Assembly: GCA_964270895.1 (NCBI GenBank)
Contig: OZ185441.1
From: Podarcis filfolensis
Lineage: Eukaryota
DNA: 64,000 nucleotides
Strand: one strand, 5' to 3'
Under the pieces are notes generated by a model that saw only the letters and a program-made list of their open reading frames with translations, did not search any database and was not told where the DNA came from. A program made the translations under genes and the position numbers. The stretch's first letter is position 1. Every line of letters starts with the position of its first letter. Positions 1 through 41,299 of the stretch are shown here, piece after piece.

Positions 1-2264
1 GGAATGATACAATTAAGAGGGTAAAGCTGGAAGACTTTTCTGAAGGTGCCAAATGTAAAACTCGCCTGTAAAGGAACCATAGTGAACATTACAACCATCT
101 CAGTCATACACAGGACAACCAAGCAGCAATACTCACCTCTCACTCATTCGTAGCGTCCTATGGTTATGTAGTGTACTACAGTGGAGTGTAGGGACGATTG
201 TTAACCCTCCAAAACCACTGGGGTTGCTGTACACCCTTAACAACCATTAGAAATATTTTTTGAACAAACGAAGCAATTTATACTCCATCCTCAACAATTA
301 ATGTGTTCACTAGTCTTGAAGTGATCCATCTTCCCCCTACCCCTTTCAATTTAAAAGAAAAACCCCACACTAAGTAAGTTATCAAGTCTATTTTGCACTT
401 ACTGAATGGATAAGTAAAAATAATTAGGTTCCATTCTTTTCCAACTTAATGAAACATAAGAGAGAAAAGTTCAACTTTTACTTATACACACACCTACAAA
501 GCACTGCAGGGGTCAGTTGGACCCCAAGAGTAAGGCTTTTGCTCCAAATTGTCCTTGGCCTGATGGAAAGGCTAACACTCTCATAGTTCAAACTTCCAAA
601 CACTGCTTTCTTAGATGTAATGTAATCAATCCTAATAAATGCATGAAATCGGAATCTGCACATTAGAACTATGAGATTATAGATTATACCTGTTCCATTA
701 GTAGCAGCCCAGTGTTACACCTAGGCATTTTGGGGGTACTGTTCCTGATAGCCCAAGGGGAATTTAGATTAACATAGCCAGAACCAATATACTTTAATAG
801 TTTGTGTGTTAGACTAGTTTAAAAAAAATCTCTTACTAGGTAAAAATTTAAAGGTGTCCTCTGGCCCCCAAATGTTGAATACTGTCAAAATTTGTATGTG
901 ATGGGTAATTCAACAGCTTTTCAAGCATCCATTCCCATAGTGGCTTCAATGTGAAATAAGATGGGTTGTCTGAAGAAAATGGTTGTCAAAAGAAAAACAA
1001 ACCAAAACAATGCCATGCAATATAAAAAAAGCAAAGAAGGGAAATCTGGCCTTCTAGATGATGTTGAACTACAACCAACCCTGAACTTTAGCCATACAGG
1101 CTGAGGCTGATAGGAGTTAAGAGTCCAACCGGTTTTACAAAGTACATGGGGATTTGCTACCGGCTAGTCAATACAACATCACAAATAGTGCTTAAATTGG
1201 CAAATATCCAAGGAGAGGAATAAACCATCACAATAGCAATTTGCCAGAAGTTTGCCAAGCTTTTCATACCAGTGAGCACATTTTGAATTTTGAGAGTGTG
1301 CTGTGGGAACCAGTCGCAAAACAGCTGCCATTGGGGACATGGCATAACACAAAATTAGCCTAGAAACCCCATCAACCTTAGGCTTACCACAAGAAGTCAG
1401 CTATGCCCTGCTGGTCCTGATTGTGAAGATCACCACAATACTGAATATACAGATGCTGTTGCTGTCTAGTAACAGGGAGCACAGCTCGATACCAAGAAAA
1501 CTATACAAGGTGGCCACACCATGCTCACTCTCATCTCACAGAAATCACTTATTTATTTCATAAAATTTATACACTGCTTGATTAAAAAACAAATCTCAAA
1601 GTGGTTTACAAAAATATAAAATGAGGAAATCAAGGAAAATTCACAACCATACTTTAAAACATAAAAAGTTTAAATATTAAAACAGAGGTAAATTACCTTG
1701 AGGTAATACTAAAATTATCTCAAGGTAATTTAGAAGGTACTGTACATTCTGCCACATAACTTTCTTTCTGGGAGGGCTAGAGACCTGCTTTTTTTCTGAA
1801 AATGAAAGCTAAGACTCTGGGACACTTGCCTGGAGACACAAACAAAATCCTTTGCAAATGGCAGATTGATGAACCCTGCATTTTAATATTGAAAATGCAT
1901 TATAACCTTGAAAAACTCCATCTAGTAGTGCTTCCTCAATTTTCATTGTAGGTGTGCAGTTGAAAGTAGTCTGCACTAAATATCAAAAAAGACTGCAGTT
2001 TGAAGAAGACCCAAACAAAAGTGTTGTGCAGGGAGATATGGAATAGAAAATGGCTACATTTCCTTTTTTCAAAAAGATCAATCAGGAAGCTCGCTGATAC
2101 CAACATCATGGGAGTTGAAGTTTGGGGATAATACAACTTCCCTTTAAACTCTCGCTTTTACATATTCATCCAAGCAGCCTTTTCATTCAACGGACCGTTT
2201 CTTCTTCCCTGGATTTTCTTTTTTAAAAAACTCCGTAAATCAGTAGTATGAGGACACCCAATTA

Positions 2265-2482
2265 CAGTGGTACCTCAGTTTAAGAACTTAATTCGTTCCG
2301 GAGGTCCGTTCTGAACCTGAAACTGTTCTTAACCTGAAGCACCACTTTAGCTAATGGGGCCTCCCGCTGCCACCGGAGCACGATTTCTGTTCTCATCCTG
2401 AAGCAAAGTTCTTAACCCGAGGTAATATTTCTGGGTTAGCGGAGTCTGCAACCTGAAGCGTATGTAACCCGAGGTACCACTG
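2265..2482 (+). mobile_element. Tc1/mariner (Tigger-like) MITE, family A, copy 1
   Basis: TIRs CAGTGGTACCTC...GAGGTACCACTG with TA on both sides; same body as copies 2-4. Confidence 0.9.
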
Positions 2483-2744
2483 TACCATTATTCAAAAATT
2501 TGGGAAGCCAAGTGGACATGAAAATATGCATCTTGGGTTGCTTAACCAACAGCCCTAGAACTTCAAGAGATTCAACTATCTTCTAGTAGTACCAATATAT
2601 TTCCTGTATAGCATGTAATTTGTACAATTTATAGAGGAAGACACTGCCAAACTACAAGACTGGTTCTTATTAGGGCTGTCATACGCTAATGGGTGTAAAA
2701 AAGCAATATACAAATTAACCATCCACATATTTCATTTAAGTACA

Positions 2745-2750
2745 TTTATT
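2745..2750 (-). terminator. Candidate polyadenylation signal (AATAAA) for RBM12B
   Basis: TTTATT on the + strand about 300 nt past the stop codon. A second one lies at 2994-2999. The true 3' end is unknown. Confidence 0.3.
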
Positions 2751-3048
2751 TTAAAAGAAATGCTAAGCTGAAATTAATAAAAAAACATTCAATATGCCAT
2801 TGAATGTTACAGACAAGAATCCAAAACTTGCATTCAACTTATTATTTATATTCAAAAGTAACTAACAACCTATGCTTTCTAACAGATGCAACTGCACTGC
2901 ATCAAACAGCTTTCATTTTAAAGCATTTAACTATTTACAAATAGATGGATGTTTTGTCATCACTTTCCAAATAACAAAAAACACAAATCTAGTTTTATTC
3001 TATTAATACTGCAAACATCTTCACTTTGCCTCCTAGGCATTTTCACAT

Positions 3049-5337
3049 CTACCCAAAAGTTAAACTAACTTTGCGGTTGCCAATTGGCCTGTCATTTAAT
3101 TCATTAATAGCAGCCACTGCCTCATTATAATTCATCATGGCAAGAATAGCTTCACCAGAAGACATTCCATATTCATTGCGCAGAATAGAAAGAGATTCTG
3201 GTATGATTTTATAACCGTGGAAGAAATCCAGAATTTCATTAGGAGAAGCTTGAAACGGTAAATTCTTTAATTTAATCAATGTGACACGATCTGAGGCACC
3301 ACTAGAATTATAGTCAGGCCTAAAGTTCCCTTCTTGAAAACTACCAGGAATGCCGTCACCAGGAGGCCCTCTAAAAAGATCAGATGAGCAGATAAAATCA
3401 TCAGATGGGTGTCTATAATTAGACAGGTGCTTTAAGTTCCCATGCAAAGAGGATCCTTGTGAACCACTGGGGTAAAAATGTTCACTTCTTTCATATGCAT
3501 GGAGATTACCCTGTATCTTTTCATTTGATGTTGATGGAATATTAATACCAAACTCTTGCATTTGTTCCTCAGAAATGCATCTTAGGAGTACCTCTGTTCC
3601 CAAAAACCGCCGGCGATTTAAGCTTTCAGCTTTGCGGGCTTGTTCTTCAGTTCTGAAGTTGACCAATGCTTCCCCAAGTCCAATTCCTTTGTCATCATAA
3701 AGCAAATAAATGTCACTGTTATCAATATTAAATCCTGCAAAGAACTTCTGTACTTCAACATTTGTCACATCAAATGGAAAGTTTCTCACATATACGCAGG
3801 TCTTTAAGCCAGAATATTCATCTCTATCACTTCTTTCATTTGCATGGTGCTGTCTTTCTGGTGGTATTTTTGCTTCAGAAGATCCAGTTAAGAACAACAG
3901 CTTTTCTTTTGAAATGGGAAAGATGAAAATCGGCTGGCCAAGCAGTTTATCCTTGTGAAAGGTCAATACAAACTCATACACCTTCAATGAGTCACACAGC
4001 AGAATTGCATCTTTCGTCTTTGCTTCACCTTCTGGCTTTAAAAATATAATAGGACTGGCAGTCACACCTGGATGCCCAAAGAACTTTATCAAATCTTTCT
4101 TCTCAACAGTAGGTTGTAGATTTTTAATGAGTATATAATATTCTCTTTGTTGAGAACGAGACTGTGTCGTAAACCTCTGTTGTGGAGACCTTGACTGGGT
4201 GCATGCCACAATCCTCCGTGGTGGTGACCTTGACCGGGTGCGTGCCATAACCCTCCGTGGTGGTGACCTTGACCGGGTGTGTGTCCTTACCCTCCGTGGT
4301 GACCTTGACCGGGTGCGTGTCCTTACCCTCCGTGGTGACCTTGACCGATGGTGTGCCTTAACCCTCCCTGGAGACCTTGAATGGGCACGTGACAAACCCC
4401 TCCCCACAGGAGACCTTGAATGGGCACGTGATGTAATCCTCCCTGCAGGAGACCTTGAACGAGTGCGTGCCATAACCCTCTCTGGAGACCTTGAACAGGT
4501 CCGTTTTCTTGGGGACAAATAGTCTGGCTCTCTTCGTGAATGCTCTCTGCTTGAAGAAAATGTTTCCTTATTCAAATGATGACTGAAATGTTTGGTATTG
4601 ACAGGACTGCCAATCTTTCCACCAAACTTAATCCATGTTCCTTTACCAGAGGTTCGTACGATAATAAATCTTGAACCCATATACTCTCGATCACGTTGAA
4701 GCCCTTCCGTGGCATCGCTTAATGTTGCAAATTTTACCACGGCGTCTCCATTATTTTTACCATTAATTTTTCTCATGGCTATTCCCTCCACTTGCAATCC
4801 AGAGAAGAAATTGCGTACATCATCTTCTGTTGCAGAATAAGGCATACCACGTATAAATAGGTACACACTTGGAAATGGCTCTTTCTTAGGCTGATTATAG
4901 TATGGTTCCAACATATCTGTATCACTGTTTCGAGATCCATTTGAACAGAACTCATTCCCCAACGGATCCATGGAACTACAGCTAGATTGATGCATTCCTT
5001 TATTAATGGCTGCAACTAAATTTGAAAGATTGCCAATTCCAGATGCGCCTGAGTTAATGGAACCTGCCCGTCTTCTCCTACTAATTTCTATTATAGTCTG
5101 CATTTCTGTCTTGCTGCTAAGAAAGAACTCTATACGTGAATCCTTGATAAATCCTCCAGAATAGCTCATTGCTTGTCGTGCATCTTCATCTGTTGCAAAT
5201 ATAATGAAAGCTTCCCCCTTTTCTCCTCCAATGATATGTACACCTCCATCAGGAATATTCAATCCTGAGAAGAAGCGGCGAATATCTGCAGAACCCGCAA
5301 CAACAGGAAGCCCCTGTAAACGGATGACTACCGCCAT
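3049..5337 (-). CDS. RBM12B: RNA-binding protein 12B, single coding exon, 762 aa, five RRM domains
   Basis: The ORF track starts at a TTG (5358). The first ATG is at 5337 and gives MAVVIRLQGLP, the RBM12/RBM12B N-terminus. RRM-like blocks: VIRLQGLP, LFIRGMPYS, ILIKNLQP, VYVRNFPFD, IKLKNLPFQ. A splice acceptor (CCTTTTTGTCCACAG) lies 28 nt upstream of the ATG, so the exon starts at 5365. The position head-to-head with TMEM67 fits RBM12B rather than RBM12. Confidence 0.95.
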   Translation of the reverse strand: MAVVIRLQGLPVVAGSADIRRFFSGLNIPDGGVHIIGGEKGEAFIIFATDEDARQAMSYSGGFIKDSRIEFFLSSKTEMQTIIEISRRRRAGSINSGASGIGNLSNLVAAINKGMHQSSCSSMDPLGNEFCSNGSRNSDTDMLEPYYNQPKKEPFPSVYLFIRGMPYSATEDDVRNFFSGLQVEGIAMRKINGKNNGDAVVKFATLSDATEGLQRDREYMGSRFIIVRTSGKGTWIKFGGKIGSPVNTKHFSHHLNKETFSSSREHSRREPDYLSPRKRTCSRSPERVMARTRSRSPAGRITSRAHSRSPVGRGLSRAHSRSPGRVKAHHRSRSPRRVRTRTRSRSPRRVRTHTRSRSPPRRVMARTRSRSPPRRIVACTQSRSPQQRFTTQSRSQQREYYILIKNLQPTVEKKDLIKFFGHPGVTASPIIFLKPEGEAKTKDAILLCDSLKVYEFVLTFHKDKLLGQPIFIFPISKEKLLFLTGSSEAKIPPERQHHANERSDRDEYSGLKTCVYVRNFPFDVTNVEVQKFFAGFNIDNSDIYLLYDDKGIGLGEALVNFRTEEQARKAESLNRRRFLGTEVLLRCISEEQMQEFGINIPSTSNEKIQGNLHAYERSEHFYPSGSQGSSLHGNLKHLSNYRHPSDDFICSSDLFRGPPGDGIPGSFQEGNFRPDYNSSGASDRVTLIKLKNLPFQASPNEILDFFHGYKIIPESLSILRNEYGMSSGEAILAMMNYNEAVAAINELNDRPIGNRKVSLTFG
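4185..4494 (-). repeat. Coding tandem repeat (36/39-nt units) encoding nine SRSP motifs in RBM12B
   Basis: G(A/T)GACCTTGA recurs 9 times on the + strand with spacings 39,39,36,36,36,39,39,36 (sum 300 nt). The protein reads SRSPERVMARTR-SRSPAGRITSRAH-...-SRSPQQRFTTQ. Confidence 0.95.
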
Positions 5338-5883
5338 TCTGAGCTCAGCCCACAGCAATAATCACCTGTGGACAAAAAGGTATATGTGATAGCAAGCCTT
5401 TAGTACACTGGGGAAGTTAAGCGCTACAAAATAAAAAATAATTCCTTCATCTGGAATAACAAACCTATTTTAGTGTGAAAGTTTATACACTATTCAATCT
5501 GAAATTCCGCACTGTTCCAACAGCATTCCCCATTTTAAAAGCAACAATATCAAACTCTTCTTACAATCTATAATAAGACATAGCAAACCTTTCACAGAAT
5601 ATATTCTAGACAACTGTGGTCCCATGTTCTTGCCATCCAACAGCAAAAGCCAAGAAAGATCTGTGATCAAAAATGTCTCACAACTCTCTAGCAACTTACA
5701 CAGAAATCTTAGATTTTCAGACATTTATGTTCTATCAGTAGAACTGCCCACCTCATAATGAATCAAATTTCAGTCATCCTTGCCCCATGATCAGGATATT
5801 GAATTGTACATCTTCTCCAGTCACAAGCCTGGGAGAAAAAACCATCATCTCAGACAAAGGAAGCATTAAGCTTTGAAGCTTAC

Positions 5884-5933
5884 CTTTTTTTTTCCCTTTA
5901 GAAGACTTGATAAAGTCTGTGAAATCAATTTAA
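5884..5933 (-). other. RBM12B: Probable 50-nt non-coding 5' UTR exon of RBM12B
   Basis: On the - strand: acceptor GTTTCATTTTCTTTCCACAG, donor AAG|GTAAGC, no ATG inside, 518 nt upstream of the coding-exon acceptor. Confidence 0.6.
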
Positions 5934-8189
5934 CTGTGGAAAGAAAATGAAACATTATTAATGGTCAAGAAGCAGGTTTACATACTATGCTGTGTTACTG
6001 TGGTATATTCATAATCATGGTCAACATTAGTAAGAAATCAAGATTGGTATTCTTGTGTTAAAATTATTTCCCAGTCCAGAGAGGCACAAAAATCAAAAAT
6101 AACCAATCTCAAGTGAACAATGTTTATGCCAGTGTATCCATTTAAAACAGATTGCAACAAGTGAAGAAAATAGTTTGAAATCAGTCTTCAAAAGATCCAC
6201 GGACAGTTGGGTGGAAGAACCCAAACATTTCACTGCCTGTAGTTATAGAAAACTGAAGTCCCACACAAAAATAGGAGTCGGCAGGTGTTCTTAAATTCTT
6301 TTCAGAAGAGGGTGGCAAGATGTTCGCCTGTAGTTTAATTCGTTGTTGTAAAGATGACCATATTGGAAGAAAAATCCAAAAATCAAGTAAATTCAGGAAA
6401 ATATACTGCTTATACCCATTCCAATTTCACCACGAATGCTTGTCATTCAACCACAAATCCAGAATACAATATATTCTATGATATCTCTTTAGAGCACTAA
6501 AACATCACAAAAGTTAAGGCACTCAAATATACTGACTACATTCATAAAACATTTTCATGGCGCTTTCCAAGCCAATATTTTCACAAATTCCATAAAATAC
6601 ATAAATATGAAGCAACAGAAACTGGGCAGCCCAAAACCGGAGGTTCAACTGAGTTCAATGAAACCTACTCAAAAATAAATGTCCGAATTATCTAGCATAT
6701 ATAGGAACGGTGCAAGAACCCAGTTCATCTATAACTGATCCACACGACCAAGAAAGCAAACTATGAAATCTTATTTACTTTAAACTTGATTTCAGTAAAG
6801 TACATAGAAAAGGCCTACTTTCTTTCACCCCCTCGGCAAAGATCATAGACCACCAATCTGGAAGTTTCTAACAAGGGCTTTTTGAGAAGTCTGAATAGTT
6901 CTCTAAAAGCACTATCAATATCATACTGAAATCAATGGCAGTATTCTAATCCATAGGGATTAGTAACATCTCGTTACTCAAAAGGCTAATATCAAACATT
7001 CTTCTTAAACGTTGTTATTGTTGGGAAGCAAGAACAAGAACATAAGAATAGCCTACTGAATCAGGCCAGTGGCCCATCTAGTCAAGCATCCTGTTCTCAC
7101 AGTGGCCAACCAGATGTCCTTGCACGCAGGGCATCAGTGTAATAGCACTCTAACAATGCTAGAAAACCAGGTAAAACTGTTCTAAATACTCCTAGGTAAC
7201 TCAAGATCTTACACTAACACCATGGATAAAATCCACCATGTTTTTATGGTTTTTTAAAAAAGACAACTATAAATTCTTTTTCAGTCCCAGCAGAGACCTC
7301 CAAAGCAAGTAGACAAGTCTTCACCGCAAGGCAAGCTTTTACTTCTAGAGCCCCATCCCCCAACAATAACAAAAAATGAAACAAATATTAACAATTTACT
7401 GTAGCAACTCTTGGTTATCAGGTGTGGACAAGGCATATAAAGATTTAGATGAGTAAATAGAATTTAGATCAAAAAACAACTAGGGAAAATGGAGAAGTTG
7501 CAAAGTGTTTTGTATATCCACAAAATAGTTATTCCCAATTAAAAAAACCCGTAAGTGTATTTTACTCCTATGCAGTCCTTGCTGAGAAAGAAGCTAACAC
7601 AAAACAAGAATATAGATTCCTACTAAAACAGGCACTTCTAACTCCTATCCTTAACTGTTCATGATAATGATGTTACTGGAGTACTGTAGTGTCTACGCTA
7701 TTTCTTCCCAGGGATTGGTGCATGATAGAACTCAGGGATATCCTGACAGAGCAAAAATATACTTTGTACAGAGTATGTGAAGTGCAGAGAAGGCACGTCA
7801 TCCTGAGCAACTAGCATTCTTCCTTTTTCTCCACATAAATGCTGGCTAGGAGAAATCACACCACCACAGAACATTTCTTGGGCAGCCATCAAGAACCATT
7901 TGTTAAAACAAGCTGTGAATGCGGTCGGCATCTCCTTAGTCCTCCGTGGTTCTCCCATACCAATTCATGTACATTCCAATGCACTCCCAGGGATGCCAGC
8001 GGCAGAAAGGTCCAGTGGGTTCCAAGGGATTGCTATTAACCAACCATCCGAGTACGCGTGGGAGAACAATAAATTCTGTGGCTAGGAGGACAAAAAAGAA
8101 AAAGAAAAACCAAAAGCCATGATGACCGTCACCCGACATGAACTGGAATCACCAACCGGATCAGCCACTCCTAAGTCAGAACTGTAATT

Positions 8190-9110
8190 GGTCCCCACGC
8201 CGGAATGATTTCCGTCCACACAAAAGAACTGTGTTCGTTTGAAGGCAGCATTATTCTATCACCGCACCTACTACGCCGGAGTGGGGAAGACACAGGCGCG
8301 GCCTCCCCCTACAAGCAGCCACCAGGCTCGCCCCGTCACCGGCTGCCCGCGCACCACTGAATACCTTTAAGTTATCACCCACCGGGGTATCGCTCGGCCC
8401 CTTTTACCACAAGGGAGAGAAGTACAGTACGGGGCCGGAGGTGTTTCTGCAGCTTAAGAGACTCACTACCGAGAGCAGCCAGGCAGCTTACCCGCGTGCC
8501 AACAAACACGCGTGTACACATACACACGTGCACGCGCACGCGTGTATACACATATACACACACACACACGACCACCCTTTAGCGCTACTAACCAGGCCCG
8601 TGTGGGGCGAATGGACCCGGAGAGCGCCCAGGCTCCGCGACTTCCCTCAACGGACGGAAGGAAACAGCGCAACCGCTTTGCTTTTGCTACTGCGGGAAAA
8701 CTCGCCAGACCCAACGGCGCGGCCTCTTCCGTACGGCCTCGCCACGTCCGCAAGCGCGCCTCGTCGCGGCCCGCCCGGCTACACCAGCTGAAACACGCGC
8801 GGTACTCGCTCGCCTCCAGTAGCAACAGCGCTACTCTCCCCTCGCTCTGCCTCACAGAGGGAGAGGCCCAACTGCAACGGACAAAATGGCAGCCGCCCTC
8901 GTCTCCGTCTCCCTCAGAGAACCGCCAGGACGTGCGCAGCGAGGGGACGGAAATGGTTCTGCTGCGCACGCGCACAAAGAGTCCCCCGGAAGCCGCCCGG
9001 CAACCAGTACGCATGCGTCTGCTGTTGTACGGGAAAGTCGAGGCTTCACCAATCATTTTGCCTTGTCGTATCTCTTCCTGTTAGTATGGCACATGCGCAG
9101 AAGAAGTAAG
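8190..9110. promoter_or_regulatory. CpG island / probable bidirectional promoter (RBM12B side)
   Basis: High CpG density. YY1-type CAAAATGGCAGC at 8882-8893, NRF1 consensus TGCGCACGCGCA at 8963-8974, palindrome ACGCATGCGT at 9009-9018, CACATGCGCA at 9090-9099, ETS-like CCGGAAG near 8985. Confidence 0.75.
8506..8570. repeat. 65-nt perfect alternating purine/pyrimidine tract (CA/CG/TA mix)
   Basis: ACACGCGTGTACACATACACACGTGCACGCGCACGCGTGTATACACATATACACACACACACACG has no break in R/Y alternation. Confidence 0.9.
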
Positions 9111-9973
9111 TGGGGAAATCCAAGTTCTTGCGCACAGTGTTGTTTCGATGAAAGGGAATTCGAGTGTGGAAATACAGCAGCTGATTTTTTACGTGTCTTC
9201 ATTTCCACCTCTAGTTCAGAAATCAATCTGTGTGCCCTTTTTGTCTCCTGCCAATTTTCGTTTAACTGCAGCTAAGATATAAACTTTGCGCAGTTTTTTC
9301 CTGTCTGAAATCGAATGGAAAATAGGAGTTGGGGTTGGCTATTCCGGTTTCTTAGTGTTTGTCCAAAAAAAATTGGTGCTTGTCTAAATTTTTGGGGTTC
9401 TATCATCACCATTGGCAGTAGCTCCTAACAGCAGTCTTATAATTAATCTGTGCTTTATGTGGCACCTACACAGTAATCTCAAAGCAACTTCACTACCAAA
9501 TAAATGCACTTATTCCCTAGTATGAACGAAACACCCATCTTCCTTGATCTGAAATTTGCAATCCTGCGCTTTAACTGAGAAAAAAACCCTACTCAATTTG
9601 GGGCGGATTTCTTCTGCGTAGACATGCTTAGTCTTTCCCCGTAGAAAAACCGTTTATTGACTTGATGTAAGGGTGACCGCAAAACAGGAAAAAACTGACT
9701 TGCGAAAGGCCAATTTCCCCCCTTTATATTTGTCGAGAAAATTTTAGACAGATCCGAGTATTCGGTCAACTAAGGCTGTAATCCTAATCCCAATTACTGT
9801 ACCTTGGGAGCAAACCCCGTTGAATTCAATAGGGCACCTACTGGGGAATGGTTATGATTTGCGCACTCTGATATTTTTGGTCTGCCTGGCGTCCCGTAGC
9901 GGCCGCTCCAAGACGCGGGAGCCTATTGGCTGCGCCGCTGAGGCAGGCAGCCCCGGCCGAGGCCTCGGTAGCC

Positions 9974-40809
<30,836 letters not shown>

Positions 40810-40940
40810 AAAGACTTTCTGGGAACTAATTACGGCTTTAAAATGACACACATACACAAAGGATTTGCTTGCAGTACTTTGTAAATATTCATGTGTAGAA
40901 TCTTTCTTTCATATTGTGTACTTGAAAACTGCTGTTTTGG

Positions 40941-40950
40941 ATTAAATAAA
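40941..40950 (+). terminator. Candidate TMEM67 polyadenylation signal (overlapping ATTAAA/AATAAA)
   Basis: ATTAAATAAA about 135 nt after the stop codon. Confidence 0.5.
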
Positions 40951-41073
40951 TTTGTACTTGTAATGGATAGTGATTATTCACATGCCTTAAAAGGGATGCC
41001 AAGATACAGAAAGATGTCACTGTCAGTATTAAAGCTGAACCCATGCATTAGTTTTGCAGATATTTTATGTGTA

Positions 41074-41299
41074 CAGTGGTACCTCGGGTTAAGAACTTAA
41101 TTCGTTCTGGAGGTCCGTTCTGAACCTGAAACTGTTCTTAACCTGAAGCACCACTTTAGCTAATGGGGCCTCCTGCTGCCGCTGCACCGCCACTGCACGG
41201 TTTCTGTTCTCATCCTGAAGCAAAGTTCTTAACCCAAGGTAATATTTCTGGGTTAGCGGAGTCTGTAACCTGAAGCATATGTAACCCGAGGTACCACTG
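41074..41299 (+). mobile_element. Tc1/mariner (Tigger-like) MITE, family A, copy 4
   Basis: TA|CAGTGGTACCTC...GAGGTACCACTG|TA just 3' of the TMEM67 polyA signal. Confidence 0.9.

Noticed and set aside
4199-4522. 107-aa antisense ORF with GDLDRV repeats
   Set aside because: It is the mirror of the RBM12B coding repeat. A stop-free repeat unit keeps the opposite strand open, and there is no independent evidence.
5338-5358. ORF-track N-terminus MLWAELR of RBM12B
   Set aside because: It starts at a TTG in the 5' UTR; the family N-terminus begins at ATG 5337.
5735-5850. Possible C/D-box snoRNA (ATGATG...CTGA) in the RBM12B intron
   Set aside because: The boxes are imperfect, there is no terminal stem, and I recognise no rRNA/snRNA guide complementarity.
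8375-9084. Several 116-196 aa ORFs on both strands at the RBM12B promoter
   Set aside because: GC-rich CpG-island and dinucleotide-repeat sequence depleted of stop codons; low-complexity translations with no recognisable domain.
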